Source: an uncultured Gammaproteobacteria bacterium
GTDB taxonomy: Bacteria > Patescibacteriota > Microgenomatia > UBA8517
Assembly (NCBI GenBank): GCA_964430475.1
Contig: CAYSEQ010000001.1
Location: 92,951 to 156,950 of the forward strand
Length of the DNA: 64,000 nucleotides
Reading direction: 5' to 3'
Shown: one piece after another, positions 1-8,643 of the stretch
Position numbering within the stretch: the stretch's first letter is position 1
Layout: every line of letters starts with the position of its first letter
The notes under the pieces: model-generated
Databases searched by the model: none
What the model was told of the DNA's origin: nothing
Seen by the model: the letters and a program-made list of their open reading frames with translations, nothing else
Position numbers and translations under genes: made by a program

Positions 1-996
1 ACTTGATGGAATACCAACCAGCGGAAATTCTTTTTTTAATATCATGTCCCTTGCCTGTAAAAAATACCAACCAATATCACCAAAAAAAGCCATCGTTTCA
101 CCTATCCTGTACAATCTCAAAAATAATCCTAACGCAAGTATTCCCAAAAGAATCGCGTAGTATTTAGAAAACCTAGCAAAAAGTTCAACTAAAATAGCTG
201 AATGTAAACCGTAATGTTTTTTAAAATAATAAAATCTACTTTTAGCAAAAATTTTCTTCAATTTTTCACTGATATCTTTGGATTTTTGACCATAATGTAC
301 AACTTGAGCATGGGGAATCATATAAATTTTTCCTATTTTATTAACTTTTTTGCACAGATCACTTTCTTCAAAATATAGGAAGAAATGTTCATCAAAACCT
401 CCTATCTTGTTGAAGACTGTACTTCGAATCATAAAAGCGCTTCCTGGCACCACATCTAATCTTACCTTTTCCTTTCTTTTTCTCCATTCAATATCTTTCA
501 TGAAATAATTTCTTGACACTGGATTGTTTGGAAAAACCTTGTTGATAAAAGATAGGGAAAATATACCCTCTAATGGTGTAAGTTCTCGCGTTCCTTGGCT
601 TAGTGAAATATTTCCGTCCTCATCTAATAAAAAGGGGGCAACTATAGCTGCATCCTTATTTTGGTCTAAAAATCTAGCTAAATTATTAAGAGTAGAAGAA
701 GTTTTGAGAAGCGTATCGGGATTAAGTATTAATAGATACTCTCCTAAAGCATATTTAAATCCAAGATTATTTCCTCCCCCATAACCTAAATTTCTGGGGC
801 TTTTTACATACTTTATTTTTTTACTAATTCCAATATATCGAGAAACATTCTTTTCTTTAGAATTGTCAACGACAATAATTTCATAGTCAAAATTTACCTT
901 TTGTATTAGAACACTCCTAATACTTCTTAAAAGATCCTCCAAATTTTTATAATAGACATAAATTATTGATACTTTTATTTTTTGGATTTTTGACAT
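1..996 (-). CDS. Family 2 glycosyltransferase domain (N-terminal, WbbL-like) fused in frame to a membrane domain that looks like the start of a GT-C ArnT/PMT-like domain. Partial: it runs off the window start.
   Basis: Reverse-strand translation by eye gives MSKIQKIKVSIIYVYYKNLEDLLRSIRSVLIQ...IIVVDNS...NLGYGGGNN... followed by a TM helix and ...GETMAFFGDIGWYFLQARDMILKKEFPLVGIPSS (DE..Y..AR.ML-like ArnT N-terminal motif). There is no stop before position 1, so it is absent from the ORF track. The start ATG is at 996 and overlaps the 3' end of the next gene by 22 nt. Confidence 0.6.
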   Translation of the reverse strand, partial: MSKIQKIKVSIIYVYYKNLEDLLRSIRSVLIQKVNFDYEIIVVDNSKEKNVSRYIGISKKIKYVKSPRNLGYGGGNNLGFKYALGEYLLILNPDTLLKTSSTLNNLARFLDQNKDAAIVAPFLLDEDGNISLSQGTRELTPLEGIFSLSFINKVFPNNPVSRNYFMKDIEWRKRKEKVRLDVVPGSAFMIRSTVFNKIGGFDEHFFLYFEESDLCKKVNKIGKIYMIPHAQVVHYGQKSKDISEKLKKIFAKSRFYYFKKHYGLHSAILVELFARFSKYYAILLGILALGLFLRLYRIGETMAFFGDIGWYFLQARDMILKKEFPLVGIPSS

Positions 997-2084
997 AGGC
1001 CAAGCATAACTTCTTCCAAAAGACGATAGTGTCTCTCCCAACTAAATTTTTTAGATACATATTCTCTAGCATTCCTCCCCATATCTTCGGCTAATTTAGG
1101 ATTTTCTAAAAGATAAGTGATTTTCTCTGAAAATTCTTTCGGGTCTCTTTTCAATAAAAATCCTGTTTTTCCATGAAGTACTGTCTCCTTATACCCACCT
1201 TCTTTAACTGCTAATACCGGAGTTTCGCATGCCATTGACTCAATTGCTATCAAACCAAATGGTTCATTAATGCTTGTACACAAGGTTAAAATACTCTCTG
1301 AATATTTTTTTGCTAATTTTCTATCTGTTCTTTTTTTGGAAAAGCTTACTACTTCAAATTCAAAGTCAATATTTTTTGGTACAAATGACAAGGCTTTTTC
1401 AATTAAGTCATAGCCATCAATTTTATGCCTTTCACCCACAAACAATATTTTATTTTTTTTCTTTGAAATCTTTTTAAAAACTTTTAAATCAACCCCCGGA
1501 TAACACACGCTAGCTTCTCTTTTATAAAATCTTTTAACCTTTTTACTAACATATTCTGAATTAGTAAGAATAATACTTGCTTTTTGGGCATTAACTTTAT
1601 CAATCTTCTTTCTATATTTTCTTGTTAGATTCTCATATAAGGTTTTATAAAATACAACCTTTTCATTAAAACGCAATTCCTTTTCATAGGCGATACGCAA
1701 AAGTTCGTGACAATAGTATACTGTTGGCAAATTTATATATCTTAACAAAAATGGTGCCTGCGTAAATTTATCAGGATGTATAAGACAAACATCGTAAGGT
1801 TTTGAATTGATTTTTTTGGCAATATCGTAGTGAATTTTTCTTAAAGAAAAAAAATTTTTCCAGTCACGGTAAATTCTGTTAATAAAAATTGGCAAATTAT
1901 TGAAAAGATTTATCTTAAAGATGTAAACATTGTTAGCAAAAAATCGTATATCTAGAAAATCTTTGTCTTCGGAGTCCATCTCGTACAAATCAATATTATG
2001 TTTAAGACTTAAACGCCTAACCTCTTCAAACAAAACTCTTTTGGCTCCACCCGCTGGAAGATTGTGGTAGACTGCAATATTCAT
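975..2084 (-). CDS. Family 4 glycosyltransferase (GT-B fold)
   Basis: The C-terminal EPFGLIAIESMACETPVLAVKEGGYKETV motif is typical of GT4 (E-x7-E region). Confidence 0.75.
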   Translation of the reverse strand: MNIAVYHNLPAGGAKRVLFEEVRRLSLKHNIDLYEMDSEDKDFLDIRFFANNVYIFKINLFNNLPIFINRIYRDWKNFFSLRKIHYDIAKKINSKPYDVCLIHPDKFTQAPFLLRYINLPTVYYCHELLRIAYEKELRFNEKVVFYKTLYENLTRKYRKKIDKVNAQKASIILTNSEYVSKKVKRFYKREASVCYPGVDLKVFKKISKKKNKILFVGERHKIDGYDLIEKALSFVPKNIDFEFEVVSFSKKRTDRKLAKKYSESILTLCTSINEPFGLIAIESMACETPVLAVKEGGYKETVLHGKTGFLLKRDPKEFSEKITYLLENPKLAEDMGRNAREYVSKKFSWERHYRLLEEVMLGLCQKSKK

Positions 2085-2920
2085 CTTTTTTCCAAAATTA
2101 CAATAAAATCATTACCCCAAAATACATTAAATGGAAAGTACTTGCTTAGGGGATAAAGGTAAACAATAAAATTAAAAAGTAAATCTTTCCAGCTCAATAC
2201 AGGTTTGTTAACTGTTACATTAGTAGAAAAAATTTTTCCGCAAAAACCGTTTCTAGAAAAAAGTTTCTTTAACGAAAAGTAAGTAGATTCCGAAACATGC
2301 ATTATCTTATGAGAACTACTCCGAATCTCTGATGGAGGCGATAGATTGGGATACGAATTACCGGTTAATAAATTGTTTAGTTTAACCAAGACTGTGCTTA
2401 AAGGATAACACCAAAATCTATAAGTAAGATCGTTAAAAATTTTGTTAGGAGAAGTATGAACTATTACCCTACCATCACCTTTTAAGATCTTCTTTATCTT
2501 CTCAAATACAATTATTTGCTCTTCGGGATAAAGATGTTCGAGTACTTCTACAAGAAAAATTACATCAAAACTTCCTTTAGGAAAACTTAACTTCTTAGCA
2601 TCTCTGACCATAAATTTAACCTTAGATTGAACACTTGGACTGTAATGCTTTTTTGCTTTATTTGCTAATTTTATTGCAGCCTTTGAGTAATCTACACCTA
2701 TTGCTCTTTTTGCTCCGTTTTCAGCTGCCCAAAACACCAATTCCCCTCTTCCACAACCGATATCCAGAACGCTAAGATTTTTTAAATTAGGAATTTCTTT
2801 TACTATTCTCGAAAGACGGGGTTCCAGAATTTTACCGAAACTTTTTTTAAACTCGCGATAACCAGTACAATCAGTTAAATAATATTTTTCGTCGTAATAT
2901 TTAGGATCCACTCTTCTCAT
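2081..2920 (-). CDS. Class I SAM-dependent methyltransferase
   Basis: VLDIGCGRGELVFWAAENGAKRAIGVDYS is the glycine-rich SAM-binding motif I. It overlaps its neighbours by 4 nt and 20 nt, suggesting operon coupling. Confidence 0.7.
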   Translation of the reverse strand: MRRVDPKYYDEKYYLTDCTGYREFKKSFGKILEPRLSRIVKEIPNLKNLSVLDIGCGRGELVFWAAENGAKRAIGVDYSKAAIKLANKAKKHYSPSVQSKVKFMVRDAKKLSFPKGSFDVIFLVEVLEHLYPEEQIIVFEKIKKILKGDGRVIVHTSPNKIFNDLTYRFWCYPLSTVLVKLNNLLTGNSYPNLSPPSEIRSSSHKIMHVSESTYFSLKKLFSRNGFCGKIFSTNVTVNKPVLSWKDLLFNFIVYLYPLSKYFPFNVFWGNDFIVILEKR

Positions 2921-4133
2921 ATAACTCTTTCCTCAAAAAGTAAAAAATTAAAGGTAACGCTACCAATGAGCCAATTAAGCAAGAAACACCTGCACCAATC
3001 AATCCAAACTTAATAACCATTGGTAATATTGCTAGAAAAAGTCCAAGCGTACTTACAAAGGTCACTAATGTCACATATCCTTGTTTCTTAAGAGACAAGA
3101 AAAGCACCGATGAAGTTCCTGAAATCGCCCGTAGTATTCCAAAAAGCGAAAGGACTCTAATCACTGGAACAACATCTACCCACTTTGTCCCTAATATAAG
3201 AAATGTAAACGGCCTAGCAAATAAGATTAGAAAAAGCCCAAAAACCACTGTCGGTAGCGAAACAAAAAAAACAACTTTGAAGTATGCTTTCTTTAATCTC
3301 TCCAGATCGTCTGAAATTTTGGAATATACAGGGAATACAACCTTGCTCACTATTTCCCCACCTTCAGAAATAGGAAGAGTGGAAATTTTATAAGCGACCT
3401 GGTAAAAACCTAATGAGCCACTTCCCATGAATTTACCGACCACTATATCGTCAAGATGTTGAAATAGATACTCAAATATGCTGGCAAGGGTTACCCACTT
3501 TCCTCTGTGAATGATTATTTTTAACTTAATAGGTTCAATTTTAAATCTTGGTCGAGGTTTAATAAACATCCACGACCAGATTAATTCCAGAATAGTTCCT
3601 GCAAGCATACCAAGGACCAGACTTTCTGCACTCTTCAAAATAAAAGCACTAATCAGAGTTACCAAACCGTCAAGGATAAAAATATTTGATCTTAACCAAA
3701 ATTCTTTATTAAACCAAAGTTCTTTTTGTAAATTTACTATGCTTGGATTTATAAACCCCCTCAAAAAAGGTATACTACTTATCAATAGGATTAACTTATA
3801 AGAATTGGGTTCATTAAAAAAAGAGGAAATTATTTTTGCAAATATAACTAAAATTATTGTTATTAAAATTCCTCTCGCTATTGAAACAATCCAGGCTGAA
3901 TCCAAATATTTTTTTACATTTGCCTTCTCCTGTATCAAAAATACATTTATCCCGGTATCAGTAAGAATTTCCAAAAAGGCAAGGGCTAAAGAAGCAATAC
4001 CAAATATACCGAATTCTTTTGGACCTAGAATTCTAGCGAGTATCGCGATCTTTAAAAATGCAATTAGACGGGTTATGGATCTTAAACTCCCCATCCACAA
4101 GATGCCTTTTATTGTACTTTTGGTGTAGCCCAC
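2901..4133 (-). CDS. Wzx-like oligosaccharide flippase (polysaccharide biosynthesis protein, MOP superfamily)
   Basis: A 410-aa polytopic membrane protein. The N-terminus LRSITRLIAFLKIAILARILGPKEFGIFGIASLA matches the Wzx/PST-family signature. Confidence 0.65.
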   Translation of the reverse strand: MGYTKSTIKGILWMGSLRSITRLIAFLKIAILARILGPKEFGIFGIASLALAFLEILTDTGINVFLIQEKANVKKYLDSAWIVSIARGILITIILVIFAKIISSFFNEPNSYKLILLISSIPFLRGFINPSIVNLQKELWFNKEFWLRSNIFILDGLVTLISAFILKSAESLVLGMLAGTILELIWSWMFIKPRPRFKIEPIKLKIIIHRGKWVTLASIFEYLFQHLDDIVVGKFMGSGSLGFYQVAYKISTLPISEGGEIVSKVVFPVYSKISDDLERLKKAYFKVVFFVSLPTVVFGLFLILFARPFTFLILGTKWVDVVPVIRVLSLFGILRAISGTSSVLFLSLKKQGYVTLVTFVSTLGLFLAILPMVIKFGLIGAGVSCLIGSLVALPLIFYFLRKELYEKSGS

Positions 4134-4170
4134 GAAGTAATTTTATAATCTCTGTTCTGAAAATTAAATG

Positions 4171-5157
4171 TTATAAAAATATTAATTTTCTCAAACCATA
4201 AATCTGCATCTTCATCATTAAAGAAGATAATAAACCTACCATAAATCCTGCCATGACACAAAAGTCTGCAATTATTTGAACGACTACTCCCCAAATCCCT
4301 GAAACCAAACTTGCCGTTTTTACATATACCTTTCGGAAAGCGTAATAGAAATAAGAAGCTAAAAGCCCAATAATTAGTGCTAAATTACCCTTAAATAGGA
4401 AGATTGTTATTAAAATGCCTACTAAATATCGTGAAACTACCAAAAGAGCTTTAATATTGTGCGACTTAAATCCTTTTAAGGGGTGCAACCAAATTCCAGA
4501 CTCAGCATCTCCCTTGGCGTACTTAAAAATTTTCTTTGAAAATTCCGACAACGAAGAAGGCATTTTCCAGTCAACTTGTGCATCTTTAACCCTTGCGTAC
4601 CTTAAACCGCTTACAACGCATTTGTAATTAAAAACTGTATCTTCAGCAGTATCTTTTAGCCTCTCAGGAAATCCGCCCACTTTTCTCCACGCCTCCTTCT
4701 TAAAAGCAATCGATCTTGTTGCAGGTAAATAATTTCTACCAAAACTTTTAGCGTCCGTACCTAAAAATACTGTAAAGGCTTTCTCTAGGGAATTAAAAGC
4801 AAGCATCCTATAAAATCCTGCTGAAATATCGACATTTTTCGATTTTAGGGGACCAACAATTTTTTTAAGCCAATCTTTTTTGGGAACACATCCTGCGTCG
4901 GTGATTGCTATTATCTCATTTTTAGACAAGGCAATTCCTAAGTTCCTTCCTTCTGCACGACTACACTTTTTGACGATAAGTTTTATTCTTTTACTCTTTT
5001 TTTGATAATCTTTAATAATTTCAATTGTATTATCCGTCGAACAGGCATCAACAATAACTATCTCATCAGGTTTTTTTGACTGAAGAAGTAAGGCATCAAG
5101 CAAACTAGATATAAATCTTCCTTCATTCAGCGTCGTTATGCAAACCGATACTTTCAT
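4171..5157 (-). CDS. Family 2 glycosyltransferase with C-terminal transmembrane helices (GtrB/polyprenol-phosphate glycosyltransferase-like architecture)
   Basis: The N-terminus MKVSVCITTLNEGRFISSLLDALLLQSKKPDEIVIVDACSTDNT is a GT2 DxD region. The C-terminal ~90 aa are hydrophobic. Confidence 0.65.
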   Translation of the reverse strand: MKVSVCITTLNEGRFISSLLDALLLQSKKPDEIVIVDACSTDNTIEIIKDYQKKSKRIKLIVKKCSRAEGRNLGIALSKNEIIAITDAGCVPKKDWLKKIVGPLKSKNVDISAGFYRMLAFNSLEKAFTVFLGTDAKSFGRNYLPATRSIAFKKEAWRKVGGFPERLKDTAEDTVFNYKCVVSGLRYARVKDAQVDWKMPSSLSEFSKKIFKYAKGDAESGIWLHPLKGFKSHNIKALLVVSRYLVGILITIFLFKGNLALIIGLLASYFYYAFRKVYVKTASLVSGIWGVVVQIIADFCVMAGFMVGLLSSLMMKMQIYGLRKLIFL

Positions 5158-5165
5158 TAAAAACT

Positions 5166-6185
5166 CTAATTAAGCCATAAGTTTAAATATTTTTTTTCTA
5201 ATTCATCCCAAGTCTGAGTTCTTACCCATTTAAATGCTTTATTAGTTAATTCCAGATATTTTTTGTGATAAATTTCATAAAATTTAATTATCTTAACAAT
5301 TTTTTTTGGATCTTTGAAGCAAAAAATATACTCTTTAAAAGGAGTGAGAAAGTATATATCTTTTTCTATTGGTAAGCCGTAAGAAACTAATACCAAACAA
5401 TGATGTGCAAAAGCCTCAAGAATTGTAAGGTATCCTGATGCAAAAACGTATCGAGCTTTGGAATAGAGTTTTTCAGGGTTTTTCCAACCGTGAACTTTTC
5501 CATAAATTTCGCAAGCTTCCCGTAGTTCACCATCTCCACAAAATTCAACCCTTATACCATATTTTTGGAAAAAATTATGATAACGCTTCAATATCTTCAA
5601 AAAAATTCGTAATGTTGTTTTTTTGTCTAGTCTTCCCACATAAATTATGAGTTTTTCTTTCTTTTTTGATTTAAATCTAGGAATGTTCACCCCTCCAAGA
5701 ACCACTTCATCTGCCTTAATTCCGAAATATTTCTTTATATAACTCCCCACAGCTATCGTTGCATTTGAAAGTCTAAACGCCAACCTTTTTTGAAATATAC
5801 TCCTGATCGGTATCGGAAATTCTCCTTCCCAACCGTGAAAAGTTGTATAGATTTTCTTCCTTAAAAACAGAAATCTAAAAGGTAAATACCATATAAAAAC
5901 ATCGTGTATGTGTACTATGTCACTTTTTTTGATTAATTGAATATTTTTTAAAATCCAAGCCCAAGTATATAAAAGGCCTATTAATTTTAATTTAGGTTGA
6001 TTGAAGTAAATTACTGAAATTCTACCGCTGACTATATCTTTATCTTTAAGATGGGTGTCAAATTTAGTGGTCAGTACAGTAATCTCATGGCCTTTTTTAA
6101 TCAATCTTTTTGAAATTTCTAAAACATGTTTTTCAACTCCTCCCACATGAGGATAAAAAAGCCGAGTCATAAATAAAATTCTCAT
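5166..6185 (-). CDS. Family 4 glycosyltransferase
   Basis: MRILFMTRLFYPHVGGVEKHVLEISKRLIKKGHEITVLT is a GT4 N-terminal Rossmann motif. Confidence 0.6.
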   Translation of the reverse strand: MRILFMTRLFYPHVGGVEKHVLEISKRLIKKGHEITVLTTKFDTHLKDKDIVSGRISVIYFNQPKLKLIGLLYTWAWILKNIQLIKKSDIVHIHDVFIWYLPFRFLFLRKKIYTTFHGWEGEFPIPIRSIFQKRLAFRLSNATIAVGSYIKKYFGIKADEVVLGGVNIPRFKSKKKEKLIIYVGRLDKKTTLRIFLKILKRYHNFFQKYGIRVEFCGDGELREACEIYGKVHGWKNPEKLYSKARYVFASGYLTILEAFAHHCLVLVSYGLPIEKDIYFLTPFKEYIFCFKDPKKIVKIIKFYEIYHKKYLELTNKAFKWVRTQTWDELEKKYLNLWLN

Positions 6186-6238
6186 TTCTAGGCACTAATA
6201 GCGTCGTCAATTTAACTTTATCGAACCTAATCTTTATT

Positions 6239-6712
6239 TTAAAGATTCGCACTTCTCAAAAGAGAGAATAGAAGAATCGTTAGGCTAATAAAAGAGATAT
6301 AAATGATGATTTTTGATATTAAAATTAAATCTAACTCCTTTTTTCTCTTTTTGTCTATCAAAAACCCTATAAAAAAGTAAAAAAGACCCGATGTCACTAC
6401 CACTATCATCAACGATATTGACCAAGGAATTTCTCTCATGAAACTCATTAGATTTCCAGCAATTAAATATCCAGGAAGACTAAGTAAAAGTATTAAGAAA
6501 ACTCCAGTCGAAGTGCAAAAGGATACCCCAAAGATTTTAGAACAAGTGATAAGAGAAGGAATAAATGTTCCAAAAAAAACAAGGATCACACCCAATAAAA
6601 GTCCTAAGATATATAAAGATAGAAAAAATTTTTTATAAGATAACTTGGAAATCTTTTCTCTTAGTCTCTTGAAATTAATACTCTTTTTTAATTTCAACAA
6701 ACTCTTTTTCAT
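6239..6712 (-). CDS. Small polytopic membrane protein, function unknown
   Basis: A 157-aa ORF with 4 predicted hydrophobic segments and no recognisable motif. Confidence 0.35.
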   Translation of the reverse strand: MKKSLLKLKKSINFKRLREKISKLSYKKFFLSLYILGLLLGVILVFFGTFIPSLITCSKIFGVSFCTSTGVFLILLLSLPGYLIAGNLMSFMREIPWSISLMIVVVTSGLFYFFIGFLIDKKRKKELDLILISKIIIYISFISLTILLFSLLRSANL

Positions 6713-6736
6713 AAAAATAGATTATTTTGCTTAAAT

Positions 6737-7078
6737 TTACTCAGGGTTTAATTTTCTTTTGGAATCCTGCCAAAGGGCGTACATGGAGACAACCCAAATT
6801 CTTTCCTCTGGCGATGACCAACTCCCGTCAGCACCTTGAACAAAATATCTGTATTTTCCACCCCTTTTCTCTCTTTTTATCTTAGTAAATCTTCCTCCCC
6901 TATCTATTGCTTCAACCTCAACCGCTCCCCTTGAAAATCTTCTCCTTAGGGCTTGTGAGGCTCTTTCATAAGCTAGGGGATCATTTATTAGCTGATTAGC
7001 CTTTTTATCCAAGTCGTCAGCGGTTGATAAATCCAAATTCTGAAGATAGGTAATCGTTTTTTTAAAATAATCAAGCAT
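6737..7078 (-). CDS. Hypothetical protein (basic, noticeably higher GC than its neighbours)
   Basis: A 113-aa ORF with local GC of about 40% against about 30% in the flanks. No motif recognised. Confidence 0.35.
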   Translation of the reverse strand: MLDYFKKTITYLQNLDLSTADDLDKKANQLINDPLAYERASQALRRRFSRGAVEVEAIDRGGRFTKIKREKRGGKYRYFVQGADGSWSSPEERIWVVSMYALWQDSKRKLNPE

Positions 7079-7186
7079 ATTTATATTTATAATCTATAAT
7101 CTTTAGCCTAATTGGTCAAGAGGACAATCGGTACAAGTTAGTTTTTAAGAAGAAAGAAAATTAAGAAAAGTTTACTTGAAAAATTT

Positions 7187-7858
7187 TTACCTTTTTTCAA
7201 AAGTTACCTCATTTACATACAAAATTGGATTTAGTTCTTCTCCCTTTTTCCTAAGATTTTCTTTTAAAGGTGTAACCTTACCTTCAATCCCCACTGAATT
7301 TAAAATCTCCTTTAATTGTTCTTGAGTGAATCTACTTCTTAGCGTACTTCCCTTGATAAATACATTAGGCTCGCAATAGCTTGCAGTTTTTTCTAAATAT
7401 CTCATCTCTTCAACATCATCCGGTGATTTAAGAGTCAAAAAAGCCTTACCTCCAGATTTAAGCGACCGATAAATATCTTTAAAGATGATACCTGTCTGTT
7501 CAAATGTAAAATAATTCAAAGATATCCGCGAATAAGCAATATCTATTGATGAATCTTTAAGCGGAAGAGGTTGTAAACTGAAATCAACTTGTATTACCAC
7601 GAGTCTATCGGAAAGATTTGTAGATTTGACTTTTTCCTGAAGTTTTTTCAGTGCGAACTCCGAAATATCAAGAGCGATAACGCTATGCCCATTTTTCAAA
7701 AAATACAAGGCGTCTGCTCCTGTCCCTGTTCCCAGATCTGCAACTAGCGAGTTTCTCGGGAATAGCTTTTCAACCTTTTCAGCATACTCGGATGGTGGAT
7801 CATCAGCTTTATAAGTTTTTTGATGAATAATGTCCCAAAGTTTTGCTTCATCTGCCAT
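7187..7858 (-). CDS. Class I SAM-dependent methyltransferase
   Basis: LVADLGTGTGADALYFLKNGHSVIALDISEFALKKL is SAM-binding motif I followed by an acidic residue. Confidence 0.65.
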   Translation of the reverse strand: MADEAKLWDIIHQKTYKADDPPSEYAEKVEKLFPRNSLVADLGTGTGADALYFLKNGHSVIALDISEFALKKLQEKVKSTNLSDRLVVIQVDFSLQPLPLKDSSIDIAYSRISLNYFTFEQTGIIFKDIYRSLKSGGKAFLTLKSPDDVEEMRYLEKTASYCEPNVFIKGSTLRSRFTQEQLKEILNSVGIEGKVTPLKENLRKKGEELNPILYVNEVTFEKR

Positions 7859-7910
7859 ACATTTTCTAGATTAAACAATTCTTATCACACTTCCTATTTT
7901 GCCCCATTTG

Positions 7911-8588
7911 TTACTTTGAATGATTAGGTAGAAAACTTTTTCTAAAATAACTTAAAACAAAGGGGTAAAATCGAAGTAATAACGTAAAACTTACGAAAAT
8001 TAAAGCAATTATCCTAACAAATGAAAAAGGCACAGTTTGTACATCCGATCCTACTTTTGAATGCAAAAATATCAAATAAAAGATTAAATAGTTAAGTGCG
8101 TGGAATAACCTCCAGTTTTTTCTAAAAAAGGGTTTTGTCCTAAAATATGCAGCGAAGAAAGAAAGAAAGGCGAGCAAAAACCCAATCTTCCCATAAACAA
8201 TCAATAAATCCATTTGAGTCTGAAAATTTGGAAAAAATTCTAGAAAGGCTTTTAAGGCGTTTTTAGAAAGTTGATAAACGATAATGTTTTGAAAAAGTGG
8301 ATGAACTAAAATAAAACCATAGGTAATTAAACCCTGAGTTGTATGAATTCTGTAAGCACTGGCTCCAAGAAATTTAATCCAAAAATTCATTTGTGAACCT
8401 AAAATTATCTGCATCGAAAGAAGAAGATAAGCCATCATTCCCGAAAATCTTTGAAAGGCATTGACAAGGGTTAAAGGATTTGTTAAGACATACTCTATTG
8501 AAGTATTTTTAATTATTGTTACTGGCGCGCAAGAAATGGTTAACAACCAAATGGAAAAAACTACAATCTTTTTTTGTCTTAAAGACAT
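7911..8588 (-). CDS. Ferric-reductase-like transmembrane domain protein (MsrQ/YedZ-like, putative bis-heme b)
   Basis: About 6 TM helices and two His pairs with the classic spacing: RIH-x13-H(P) and FH-x12-H. This is the hallmark of the FRD/MsrQ heme-ligating helices. Confidence 0.45.
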   Translation of the reverse strand: MSLRQKKIVVFSIWLLTISCAPVTIIKNTSIEYVLTNPLTLVNAFQRFSGMMAYLLLSMQIILGSQMNFWIKFLGASAYRIHTTQGLITYGFILVHPLFQNIIVYQLSKNALKAFLEFFPNFQTQMDLLIVYGKIGFLLAFLSFFAAYFRTKPFFRKNWRLFHALNYLIFYLIFLHSKVGSDVQTVPFSFVRIIALIFVSFTLLLRFYPFVLSYFRKSFLPNHSK

Positions 8589-8606
8589 TTTAATTTAGCA
8601 TTTATT

Positions 8607-8635
8607 TTGCTAATATCTTAAATTAAGTATATACT
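8607..8635 (+). promoter_or_regulatory. Putative sigma70-type promoter, TTGCTA-17-TATACT, ending 8 nt before the ATG at 8644. The transcript would be near-leaderless.
   Basis: Hexamers read directly from the sequence. Confidence 0.3.
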
Positions 8636-8643
8636 TTAAAGTC

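Noticed and set aside
1-996. Possible pseudogene: no ORF is listed here in the supplied track
   Set aside because: Manual reverse-strand translation gives an uninterrupted frame from the ATG at 996 to position 1. The ORF is simply open at the window edge.
3511-4128. Plus-strand ORFs of 96 and 107 aa, and similar 60-130 aa plus-strand ORFs throughout (for example 1274..1477, 14071..14565, 19612..20373, 36209..36472, 58050..58373)
   Set aside because: All are antisense to well-supported minus-strand genes, AT-rich, lack motifs, and are typical of spurious ORFs in low-GC DNA.
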